A stretch of 64,000 nt of DNA from Podarcis cretensis (Eukaryota), in assembly GCA_951804945.1 (NCBI GenBank), contig OX638166.1:38440001-38504000 (forward strand), written 5' to 3'. The notes beneath the pieces were generated by a model that was not told the DNA's origin, made no database searches, and saw only the letters and a program-made list of their open reading frames with translations. Of this stretch, positions 25,269 to 37,002 are shown in pieces; the stretch's first letter is position 1, and every line of letters starts with the position of its first letter. The translations under genes and the position numbers were made by a program.

Positions 25269-25844
25269 CAGTGGCGTTGCAACAAGGGGGGGCAGTGCGC
25301 CCCAGGTGCCATGTCGGGGGGGGGGTGACAAGAAGGCACCCCGCAGGTGCCTCTGCTGCAGCCGCGAGCAGAGGATTCCAGTGTCGGCAGCAAACCGCTA
25401 TGTACAGCATATGTGCGGCGTCGCATGCATGCGCTGTATGTAACACGTGTAGAGGATCTTCCGTTCGCAACTGCAGCCACAAGCAGAGGATCCCGGCACC
25501 GTCCATATGGCCCTGGAGCGGCGGCGCCGACAAACCACTATGTACAGTGTATGTGCGGTGTTGCTATGTGCAGCGCATGCATCGTACATAGTGACGCCGC
25601 ACATGCACCCTACATAGCGACGCCCTGCCCCAGGTGTCACACGCCTTCGTTCACCCCTGGCGTGAGGAGGATGCAACAGGCATGCACCCCAAACAGGGAA
25701 GGGCACCTGTCTGCTGCGTCTTCCTCCCACAGTCCTGCAGCATCACAAAACAGCACTGGGCTGGCAGGACGGTGAGGAGCAAAATGCCCGCCCCAATGCG
25801 CCTGAGCTCACTGCCCCTCTGGCCCTGCCCACGTGATGCCACTG
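25269..25844. mobile_element. GC-rich non-autonomous DNA transposon (hAT-like), with a related element at ~25026-25241
   Basis: CAGTGGCGT / ATGCCACTG termini, internal direct and inverted duplications; TSD degenerate. Confidence 0.5.
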
Positions 25845-26644
25845 GGCGAGGGGAAGAGCGATCATGAGAGGCAGGACCGTGGTGTTGAACTTCAAAAAGT
25901 ACATATTTCCGTAGCAAAGAAAATCAGATTTGCACTCTGAGTAAGCCTTGCCACTTCAACAGATTTGCATATATAAGCTTATTTTATTTTATCTCCAAAT
26001 GTAGGTTGCCGGTTACAATTTAGATTTGCTTTTAAATCAATGACAGGAGGAGCAGGGGGAGGGAAAAATGAGGGGATTTAGGTTAGGTGGTCTGGCGATA
26101 GTTTAGAGCAGGAAATGGTAGCTGGTTGTGAAAGAGGGAGCTAGGTAGGTCAGTCCTACTCAGTGGTGGGAAGGTTTGCCCACAGGCTCCAGTTTCAGGG
26201 CTTCTAAATACATTAAACCTTTAAAGCACATTTCCCCCCCTCAATTAATTCTCACACTGTAGTTTACCCCTCACAGTTACAATTGACAGCAGCCATTAAA
26301 CAAGCTGAGATTTTTTTGAGAAGAAAAATGTGTTTTAAAGGTTTAGCCTGTGTTACTGCCTTCTTATTTCCCAGATTCTCAGCTTCCCCATTTACACAGC
26401 ATCAACACTACATTGACAGGATAAGCAGAAACAAGTGAAGTGGAAAGAGATGCATCCCCCAAACACTCGAAGATTGGAAGCCACAGAAGTTTGCAATCTC
26501 CTGCAATGCCTCTATAACAGGTACTGAAGTATGTATCCCCTTTCCAAACTCTAGATGTTTACGGCAAATACTGGTGTACCAAAAGCACTATATAAAATAT
26601 GAATCACCTCTCAGTCATGGCAGCTAGAAACTTGTTTTTACACA

Positions 26645-26645
<1 letters not shown>

Positions 26646-26731
<86 letters not shown>
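26646..26731. repeat. Compound microsatellite (TTTC)n(TC)n(CA)n
   Basis: Directly visible. Confidence 0.95.
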
Positions 26732-26732
<1 letters not shown>

Positions 26733-26920
26733 CCCCACAATGCTAGCTATCAGATTCTGTTTGCATGGTGAAGTTGCAGAGATGTGAAAATTATTAGTCT
26801 GCAAAATATACATCTGTCATCCACAGACCTACAATGGAGTGGTGGTGTCATCTACCAACAGGAAGATATTAAATATAAAGCATTGGCATTTCAGAAGAGA
26901 AGAATGGAATGTGCAAATAC

Positions 26921-27022
26921 CTTGGCTAGTCTCTGCTTGTGAACAGCTCTGGTGCAGCAAATGGGCCTGAATGCTCAACTGATAGTCTATCACAGAGGCA
27001 GCAGTGGTAGCACAACAGCATT
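26921..27022 (-). CDS. WNK3: Candidate WNK3 cassette exon (102 nt, phase 1 to 1)
   Basis: Acceptor ctttccttcgccttacag, donor AAG|gtattt; open in the required frame: ECCCATTAASVIDYQLSIQAHLLHQSCSQAETSQ. Confidence 0.55.
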
Positions 27023-27447
27023 CTGTAAGGCGAAGGAAAGTTGGGGGGGAGGCACATGATTAGAGGTAACAAAACTATGGGGTGGGAATGGAGAAGATGA
27101 CAAATGAATGGATCTGTATCCAAGGGATTTGGGCACCCAACTTGTGACACTTGTCAAGAGATTTTTGAAAAGTTCAGCTCACCAGGGCAAAACATAACAA
27201 AGGAAAGTGGCAATGGGGAAGCTCTCTAGACTTCTACTACATCACGTGTAATGAGTCAACAAGGAAATAATATAGAATTCCCATGGCAAAGAATGCAAAG
27301 TGGAAAGGAAAACTTATTTTGTGAACCGGACTCCTTCATGCATTCGTGAACTTCAGACTTTTCTTCTACATTAAGGAACCCTTCAGCTTTGACAATTCCC
27401 TACACCGGCACCCATATTCTGAACCACCTCCCACTCCCATCTCTTAC

Positions 27448-27659
27448 CGGGAGCAACGATGCCATTGTCAACATGCGACAGAGACTGTGGCCTGCTACGC
27501 AGCTTGCTTTTGAAAGACTTGGGCCGGCGTGGAGATGACAGTTGCAGGGAGACGTCAGAGGATTCTGACCTGCTATCTTTGATGGAACGCAGTCGCTCAT
27601 ACAACTCCTGCAGCTCCCTGTTCTGTTGAGCCTGAAGGTTCACTACCTCCTGAATGTGT
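27448..27659 (-). CDS. WNK3: WNK3 exon, C-terminal coiled coil (212 nt, phase 2 to 1)
   Basis: [25 protein letters not shown]...[19 protein letters not shown]; acceptor tgtgtag, donor G|gtaaga. Confidence 0.93.
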
Positions 27660-29734
27660 CTACACAGAAGAGGAAGAGAACAAAGCCTTAAGACAAAGCC
27701 AAGCCCTGGCTTACTCAATACCCACCTCAGCAGCCACTAGATGCAGGCAAAGAGTGATGGACCAGCTGTGAGACTTTCAGCCCAGGGAACAGGCAGAGAC
27801 TTTTTTGTGCCAAGGCTCAGGGTTAGGAGCTCGTTTACCTTCTCCTCACTCACATGGGTTGCTGTGGGAGAGGAGGGCCAAAAGGACTCCTCCCAATTGG
27901 CTCAGCAGTTCCTAAGTCTGCCCCCCCCCATTTGTAGCATTGGATTGTACTTTTTATTGAGACCTGGAACACACAGCATGTGTAACTTAAGCTGCTCCAC
28001 AGGCGAGAGGTTTCTCCTGCAGCCCATGTGTTCCTGGTATAAATGACTATGGACTCAGCTAGACCGGTAAAGAAAAAGCATTTTATATGTGTTGTATATG
28101 CAATCTGACACAGTGACACCAGATGGCGCTGTGGAGTCCTGTCTTTCCCTACCGGATTTCCCTGTATGAGCTTGCAACGTGTTTAACTGAATCGCTTCTT
28201 TGACGTGTCTCAATCCAGCATATGTCTTGAAACTGAGGGAAGCAAATGTCCCATAAGGTATCTGCTTCCTGTTTGCTGCAATGGCTAAATAGTTAGGGAA
28301 CTGTTCTGTGGCGTCTCCAGTGTGGGTTCATGTGCACGAGCTCCCTGTCTTTTGCCTCTGCGATGACTACTGCTGGCTCAGGCATACTAAAAGTGCATGG
28401 GAGTCATATTCCCCTTGTTGGGGCATGCTCTTGCATCTCTCGTTTCCCAACCATGTTCCCTACACTGTGAGTTACTGGAGGCTGCTGCTGTCAATGTGTG
28501 GCTGTGGCTCCTCTTGGGCCTATCCTCTCCTTCCCTTTCCCCAAGTGGCAAAATGCTCTTTTTCTCCTTTGGTGGCCTTGAATTCTCGTCCCTTTGCAAG
28601 CATTCTCCCAAGGCAGCAGTTTGGATGTTGTGTTATATGGCTTCTCTTTCCTTTCTTTTGTGTTGTGAAGAAAAACAGTACTTGTCAGCAGTGTGCAGTG
28701 TAAGAGGAACTGGACTCGTCTGTTCAGGGATGCCTGCGGCTCTTGGCCACTCACACAGCAGAAGGTGCTGGGACATCATTGTATATTTGTATTGTATTGT
28801 ATATTTGGCAGACTGCATGCTGCGGGTGTGGCACGGGTGCAGCAGGGGTGCCTCTATGTCAGCATAAGTCAGTTGGCTCTGTCTGGTGGCCATAGGGCAT
28901 TTTTGCCACATTGGCCACAATTAAATGTTCAAGTGCAGGTGGCGTTGCCATGGCTGCTGGGGGTGGAGCTGCTGCTGCTCCACCCTACTCTTTTCAGAGC
29001 CATGTGTCCCCCACCCACCTTCTGTGACGGGCAAGGGTTGGATATGGCAAATGTTGTGCCAGTTTAGTGGCAGCTTCCCTGTCTCCCTAGGGTACTAGAG
29101 GATAAGGTTGCTCTGCCCTACTTCTACTTAATTTATCGCACGTCTATCGTAAGGGCTGCAGTGTTTAATAGATTCACCTAGACTGATGTATTAATTAACT
29201 TTTTTGCTTGATTAAAAAGCTGCCCTTTGCTAACCAGGCAAAATATTTTGTAAGGTAATTATTTGTAAGGTAAGTACTTACAACTCTGTGGCTGAAAGTT
29301 CCTTCTTAGAAGAGGCAATGCTCCTTCTCTCACCCAGAAGGGAAGGCCACTTCTAAGATTAAGACTACTATGATGCAATTATACATAATCTAAAAAGAAG
29401 AAGAAATAACGACTCCCCCCTTCAGAATTAGTTTCCTTCATATGAAAATTTATGTAGATTCAGTTACATTGATTGGTTGTATGACAGATCACCTGAGAAT
29501 TCCTTCATCAAATGGCCATCCAATCTGGCTTGCTAAATAGTGGCAGAATCATCTGGAAATAGCAGACCCAGACTTACCGAAGCTTTGTGATATTATCTAA
29601 CTTCAAAATCAAAAAATGAATGTAATGGAGCACAAAGAAAATCTTACTCTGCTCCACCCTTTCCACATTTCAGTCCCTTGTTATAATGAGAACCTTGATG
29701 AATATGTTACAAGGCCCCATTTTAGTGCCCTTAC

Positions 29735-30195
29735 TTCTCCCGCAAACGCTGCAGCTCCACCTTCAGGTCCTCATCTTCAATCTCAGACTCATCATCGCTG
29801 CTCATTGGGGAAGAGGGGGAGTAAAAGAGTGAACTGCGCCTCTTTACGTGGGTGCCATCCCTCTCCTCTTGCGACTGCTGGCTTCGCTCCCAGCCCTCCA
29901 GGCTACCACCCATGGGGGCAGAAAGTTCACTGTCAGAGCTAGGCTGCTTCCGCACAAAACTGCCTTTGGCCCATGGCTCTGAGAAGGACTGCATCCTGCT
30001 AGCGATAGCAGACTTCTCCTCCAGGTCCCGCTGCTCAGGGGTGGTAGGGGATGCATCTGTTTCACCCATGGCACCAGCCAACATAGCAATTTCTCCTTTT
30101 CTGGGAGCCTCTTCTTCTGGACCAGGTTCTGAGGAAGGAGGCATCTCACAAGGTTCACTATCTGAACCACCTGAAGCCTGTGGCACTGTGATGAC
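29735..30195 (-). CDS. WNK3: WNK3 exon (461 nt, phase 0 to 2)
   Basis: VITVPQ...RRSSLFYSPSSPMSSDDESEIEDEDLKVELQRLREK; acceptor gcttcag, donor AA|gtaagg. Confidence 0.93.
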
Positions 30196-33100
30196 CTGAA
30201 GCATACACAGAGAAAGAGAGAGGCAGAGAGAGAACGTCAGCTGAGTAGGTTCCCTTTCATAGAAAAGTTGGCCTAGTGTGGGGCAGAAAAATGGGCAGGA
30301 TTTGGTCCCCAAGGAATATTTTTTTACAACTTCAAGCCCAGGCGGCAGCTCCCACTTTGGTGTCTTCAACATGACACACTTGTACTACTGGGCCTCAGAT
30401 TGTAGTTAAGAGTCGACGAGGAATGAGCAGGGGTTGCAAAGAGCCAGGATTCCTGGGGTTTCATTTCCTTAGTTGGATTTTTAACCTACTTTATCTCCAA
30501 ATGCTTAACCCGGGAACAAGATACATTTATAACAATATCATTTAAAATAGATTTAAAATATGAAATATTAAAAATATTGCATATATTTTTTTAAAATGTT
30601 CAACCACACCTTGCACAGATAAAAAGGTTTTATGTATGTTAGCTACTAAATGCACACAAAAGCTTTGACTTACATGACCTAAATAGGAGAGCAAATTCTT
30701 ATCTTCCATTCAGAAAAAGGGGGAAACAGTGTATCATGTCATGCCAAGAGAGACCTGGACTACAGGGACATAAATGTCAGCTGACCCTACTGCTAAAAAG
30801 ACCACACCAAACAAAGAATAAACTCCCCTCACCCCATGTATTAAATATCTATGAAGAGAGGACTTCAAAGAGAAAATACCAGATACACTAAGAAAACTGT
30901 CAATAATCAGCTTCATAGATTTCTTTAAAAACTACTTTGAATTAATATGCATTAATATGCCTTGCAAAGGCCTGCTAGGAGATCCTATAGCAACTGCAGC
31001 AAAACTATCCACAGTCAAGACAAAACTGAGTGGTTTTATAAGGACTGCAATACATTGATGGGGGAACAGAGAGAGTGAGAGACAGACAGGGGGAAAACGT
31101 ACAGCAATTTAAAGCACAGGGAGCTACATGATACAGACCTACATACGGTTCACCAGGAAAGATACACTATAAGAATGCAAAGTACTTAGAGTGCATGAAG
31201 AATTACTGCAGAGAGATGGAGCAACAGACACAGCCCTTTTCATTATCTGAAAAGAACCCATAGGTACTGGTAACTATTCTTTCAGACAATTTTTTACTAA
31301 GAACTGTTTATCATAGAGAGTCCCCTCTAGTATTAGGACAACACTCCCTTGACCCATCTGGTCAAGCATCATGCCACCTCTGAAACCGCTTGTTGCAGGA
31401 TTTTCTCTAGTCACTGCAGGTAGGCAGACAGCTCCTCTCATCACCTTTGCATGTTGCTATGAAATCTATAGATAAGTTCCTCAGCACTTTTCATACTCCC
31501 AAATGTAGGTTCCAAAGCTTCTAAATATTCATGTACCCTGATTTGGGGGGTTACCTCTCTGGTAGGCTGAGTATGATACCTGTTGCAAGCCACACATATT
31601 GCAAGAACACAGCTCAAGGCTCAGGGGAAGCTGACTGTAGCAGACACACTTACTGATAGCAGAGAGTCACAACAGGCAAGTCAGGGGTTTTTCAGGACCC
31701 TGGACAGAGCACCACAGATGGTGCTGGCTCGTGTGCTCGCATTTACACACAAGGAGAACTGTTGCCTCAGCAGAGTGCAGAGGCTGGCTGATCTGGTATT
31801 GTTCACACTCCCTCTGAGGAACAGCCAGTGTTCTCAAAAGGCCACTGCCCAATTCTGCAGCCTTTGCCTCCTACATTATGCAACAGTGAGGACTGTACTG
31901 GGCATGTGTCATCTGAGTCCAAGGAGTCTGGCAAGGTTGTAGAGTGGGAAATGATCCCACCCCAAGCAGTGCCCCCACCTCCTTTATGACTTCCTTTGAG
32001 CCTAAGGGTGACTGAGGCCAGAGAATGTGAAGAACACCTCCTTTTTAAATCTCTAGTACAGTGCTGTAACATGCTTGATTCATGCGTGAAGATTGTTCCT
32101 CCCCAATCCCTGGGTAACATGTACACAGAGGACCCTCAGTTTTCAGTAAGGAATAGCTTCAGGAAGGTTTTAGCATCCTCCCCAATATCTTCCCCACAAT
32201 ATGTATCATTGTAGCACTGGGAGCACGGGTTTCAAAGTAAAAACTGCCAGACCGTAGCTGCAAAGGTATTCTCCTGTTGCTCTAGAAAGTATACAAGGTT
32301 TTTCTTCCCAGTAACTACATTTTGTATTCAATATACTTTTTATGACTGCTAAGTGTCCAGACTCAGTTTGGTGTATACACAATTGTCCCGCAGGGTGTGC
32401 CATTCAGGCAATGTGCCTTCCCACCTAAAGAGCAACCAACTCAACCTTGCATAATCCCCCCCCCCTACATCCTCATCAAAGTCTTCAGATCTCTGTTGAC
32501 CAATGTCTATATGACCCAATGCTTTCTTGGTATCATGACCCCAATCCCAGGCTCTTGCACTACACTGAGAAAGATACTGATGAGGAAATAATACATGCTG
32601 CTCTACTTAGAGGGGACCTCAGCATCTCTCCCTGGGCTCTTCTGGCCCAACAACGGAGCTCTCAACCTTCCTCAAACAATGAGCCTCCAATAATATTGAT
32701 ATCCCTTCCATGGCACAGGAATCAATGCTTGCAGAATAGGACGAGGCCCTTTAGGTCATCAAGGTAGTTGAGGCCAACTACCTTGCCAGCCTACTTTAGG
32801 CTTCAGATGGTCCTAGCTCTCTGCTGAGACACCGCTTTCCAAAACTCAGCCAGAAGGGCTATTGGGGATTTCCCAGGGTCCTGACTGGCTTAGGCAATCT
32901 GCCATTCTTTCCTCCCTGCTAGAAAGTTGTAGGAGTTATCTTCATTTACACAACTTTTGGCTCAAGCTGCAACTCAGGAAAATTTGGACCTCAATTTGTC
33001 TATTTGGGTAAAGGCTTCCTCCCTCACAGATCTGAGATGTAGTAAAAATAAAAGTATTTAATCCAATTACAAAAAAGAAAGAAGAAAGAAACAACAGCAT

Positions 33101-33549
33101 GAAAAACTGGCTGCTTTGTCAAATAGCCTGTGCACTCTGTTTATGGGGTGACCTTCAATGGAAAACATTGTTCTTTGTAAAATACATGGCTTGCTCCACA
33201 GTGATGCTCTGACTGATGTGTGGGTTTGTGGGTGGGGAGATGTTTCTCATATCCACTCAGCAAACTGAACAAGAGTAGATGGAAAGAAAGACCCATGTCA
33301 AGTAGGGATTTTAGCTCACTTAGCTCAGCTCAAAGCAGTGATAAAAACTAAGATGACAACAGCTTCTTTACTCTTCATGAATCAGATTAGCAAAGCTTGC
33401 AATAGTACCAGCCTCTTCCTTTCAGAAGAGTCAGCTCACAGTCCTTTAAAAGCTCTCACATCTGGAGGGTTTACAGCAAAAGATTAGCTCTGAGCAGCGA
33501 CCAACTATGTCCCTGGAAAGTTCAGTAAAAATGATCTCTCCTTATTCTA

Positions 33550-33795
33550 AACAAAATAAAAAAAATCCTTCCAGTAGCACCTTAAAGACCAACTAAGTTA
33601 GTTCTTGGTATGAGCTTTCGTGTGCATGCACACTTCTTCAGATACACTGAAACATGTGTATCTGAAGAAGTGTGCATGCACACGAAAGCCCATACCAAGA
33701 ACTAACTTAGTTGGTCTTTAAGGTGCTACTGGAAGGAATTTTTTTATTTTGTTTTGACTATGGCAGACCAACACGGCTACCTATCTGTAACTGGA
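33550..33795. mobile_element. Penelope-like retroelement remnant (inverted pseudo-LTR)
   Basis: ~98-bp near-perfect inverted arms around an 8-nt loop (33648-33655), 3' extension, 13-bp TSD tctccttattcta (33537-33549, 33796-33808), hammerhead core in each arm. Confidence 0.82.
33608..33645 (-). ncRNA. Minimal type-I hammerhead ribozyme motif
   Basis: GTAT-CTGAAGA-A-GTGTGCATGCACAC-GAAA-GC-TC|ATAC: stem I GTAT/ATAC, CUGANGA and GAAA cores, palindromic stem II, UH cleavage site. Confidence 0.72.
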
Positions 33796-34493
33796 TCTCC
33801 TTATTCTAGTATTTGTTTCTTGCCACTAGGTGGCTCCAATTTGATACCTCCCATTCCCTGAAGTTTTATACCTCCAAGAGTATGAGTTGAGTCACAATAT
33901 GAAGCTGTGACAAAGATTTGTTTCATAAATGTGAACTATAGATAAACTTGGCAAAAGCTGAAATTGTGATTTTCACAATAAATGAAATAGTGGACTGAAC
34001 ATGCATTATATAACTCATAATTGGCGCATCATAACTTTAGACCAATTATCCAAGCCCTTTACTGCTTTAATGCAACGAACAAGCCACAGCCAGAATGCAA
34101 ATCTCCAACAAAGCCGTAGTTCAAACTTCAGATTAAATCAAATGCTTTATCTAGTTAAAATAAGATGGCTCAAACCTACACCAGCTGCAAAAAATAAAAT
34201 AAAAATCCAAATATAGGGAAATGCCAGCAAAACCTGGTCCAGAAGGTATGCCTAATAGTCAACATATCAAAAGAGTTGGTGGGGCAATGGTAAATTTTGC
34301 CTTCATTTTGCCTCTGTCACACTCTCCCAGAAGGTTGTCCAGATGGGAATGTGGCCATTAGCCTGAAGACAGTCCCCCACCCTTGAGCTCTTTTGAGCAA
34401 AGCAAGGTAGTAATGAAAACAAACAGCGGAAGTAAGACAATCATTGCATGTATATTTGGATTTACATGGTTTTGTGGATTACATTATACGTAC

Positions 34494-34609
34494 CTGAAAT
34501 CGGCCTCGCTGGAATGATCCAGCCACAGATTGACCGGGTGCTTTATTCTGCACTGTTGCATGCTCAGAGAGAGAAATCCAATCAGGAGCAACATCGCCAG
34601 TCATCTCCT
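34494..34609 (-). CDS. WNK3: WNK3 exon (116 nt, phase 1 to 0)
   Basis: EEMTGDVAPDWISL...SFQRGRFQ; donor CAG|gtacgt; completes RFQV with the next exon. Confidence 0.85.
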
Positions 34610-34991
34610 CTGTTGTGTAATTTATTTTATTTTTGTCGAAAACGAACACAAAGAAAAAGAACACAGTCAGGCAAAGCTGGGACCCTGATAATACTAAAAA
34701 GCAACATTGCATTATAAAAAGAATGATTCTATTATACATGTAGGCTTTTTATTTTATTTTTTGTATCTAAAGACCTACACTTCTATGTGGAATGAAAAAA
34801 CTGGTTAATCAAACTGGAAAACAAAGTGGTTGTGGGTGAAATGTTACACAAATGAGTAAAGGAGCAAAAATGTATAAATGGAAGAGGCAGGAAATGCTAA
34901 AAAAGGGGGGAGAGAGAAAATAAAACAACCATACTTAAATAAATCAAAACAGATGTTACCTAGTCTAGATCCCTGACTGTAAGCACACTAC

Positions 34992-35220
34992 CTTGCCGGA
35001 CTTTTGATTTCTTGAAAAAGCTGGTCTGCCGTAGCCTGTATGCCCAGCTTTTTAATTTGCGAGTCCAGGATTTCTTGCTAATAGGGTTTTTGAGACTAGG
35101 GCAAGTAAAGCTTAGGCCAAAATATCCACCTCCTGCATGCAGGTGCACAGCTCCACCACTTGATGCTGAAGCAGGACAGGCCACAGGGTTCTCAGGAAAT
35201 GAAGCCTCCGGGGACATCTC
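34992..35220 (-). CDS. WNK3: WNK3 exon-18 equivalent (long form 229 nt; internal alternative donor after 35130)
   Basis: [46 protein letters not shown]; acceptor tttgttcag, donors G|gtggat and G|gtagtg, both phase 1. Confidence 0.9.
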
Positions 35221-35945
35221 CTGAACAAAAGAAGTGGGTGGGGAAGGGACAGAAGAAAGTGGTGTCTGAATAATGGCAAGGGGGAGTCTTGCACTATACA
35301 AGTCGAACCTTAAATATTTTAGAGCAGGGGTAGCCAACGTATTGTTGGACTACCAACGCCCATCATCTGGACCACTGGCCATCCTGGCTGGGGTTGGTGG
35401 GAGCTGGGAGTCCAACAACATCTGCAGGGCTCCTGGTTAGCTATCTGTTTTAGAGATAGCTTTCTTGCTGAGGGTTGCACATTCAAATCTCCAAGCTCAA
35501 TGAAGTGCCTATTTTTAAAAAAGATCAATTTGTCAGGTTAAAATAGCCAATGACAGGTTAGGAAGTTATATGTAACTGCTCAACAATTTTACAATGCCTT
35601 TCTCCAAATAGGACATTTCCAATTCTCAGCCCAAGTAGGGCCTAGTAAAGTTCAGTTCTGTATTAATATAGGCAAACTGTTGCTGTAAAAATATCATCTA
35701 ACTCCCACCCTGTGCCTCTCCCAGCACTGGTAACTCCCAGATACCAGATATTCATCAAGCACTCTAATAAAACTGATCCAGGACAAAATGTTGGGATAGT
35801 ATGCCTGAAAAGGAAACTTACCTCTCACTTGCCAGCACCCATTAAGCTAGCAAATGGGTTTGTACAGCCATCTAGCATAGCTATAGATTTCTTGTTGCAG
35901 GAAGAAAAGATTTCAACCCCAGCCAATCTCCCTGCCAGTACTCAC

Positions 35946-36790
35946 ATGCGTACAGAGATCACCGGGAGCAGAGGTGATAGCACTGGGCTCCCTCATCAGC
36001 ACTCGCAAACTGTCTGGATGACTTGCAGATGGGATCAGCATAGCCTGGGGGGCTGAAAGCTTGGAGGGGCTTTGCTGGGTCTCTTGGGGGGAGTCTGGTG
36101 CATCAAGAACTGGGCCAGGAAGAGTTTCTTCAGCAGACGAGGAAAATGGAGACTCCACGGCACTTTGTGTGTCTTTCTGGCTCTCAGGGGAAGTGCCCGA
36201 CAAGCTGTGTTCCTGATACAGAAGCGTCCGCAGCTTCTCATCCAGAGTTTTGATGTTGTTGTCGACAAAGTCCATCTTAGGGGGGCCCTCACTGTCTGAC
36301 TCCAGAGTGGATGCGAAGGGGGCGCCTTCTTGTCCTGGGGTCTGAGCCAAAGCACTGGCCTGTTCTGTGCTCATGGCGTTATCTGCTTCCTCAGTGGTTG
36401 GGATGTGGCAGGTGGCTGGTCTGGGCACAAAGGCCTCCGTGGGCATACTTTGCTCCGCAGTGCCAGATGTTGGATGGGGTGTATATGAAGATAAGTGAGT
36501 TTCGTCAGCCTGGGTCTCTGCCTCTAAAGACTCTGGCCAAGCAGAAGAATCGGAAGCAGTAACATCATAATTGTCACCAGCAGTGGCAGACAGCAGCTTA
36601 TCCATGCTGCCTTCCACTTGGTGAGGAATTGCTGACTGCTCAGTTTCCGATGTTTGGGGTTCAGATACCATACTGTCACTTAGCTCATTTGAGCTGGAAG
36701 AGGGGATCGTTCTGTGCTGGCTGCTGAGATTTTCCACAGCCTGTGGACAATCCTGGGGGTGATCTTCTTTGCTACTCTCCTTTATATGGT
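35946..36790 (-). CDS. WNK3: WNK3 exon (845 nt, phase 1 to 0)
   Basis: Contains [33 protein letters not shown]; acceptor gttttcag, donor CAT|gtgagt. Confidence 0.9.
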
Positions 36791-36866
36791 CTGAAAACAC
36801 AAAGAGATAAAACTGTTGACAAATAACACCCTAGGGAAAGCTATGTTGCAGTATGGCCCTTTAGAA

Positions 36867-37002
36867 CAGGCTTTCTCAACCTCTGCCCTCCAGATGTTTT
36901 TGGCCTACAACTCCCATGATCCCTAGGTAGCAGGACCAGTGGCCAGGGATGATGGGAATTGTAGTCTCAAAACATCTGGAGGGCCGAGATTGAGGAAGCC
37001 TG
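36867..37002. mobile_element. hAT-type MITE (136 bp), same family as the 8292 copy
   Basis: Near-identical sequence; perfect 8-bp TSD ctttagaa. Confidence 0.9.
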
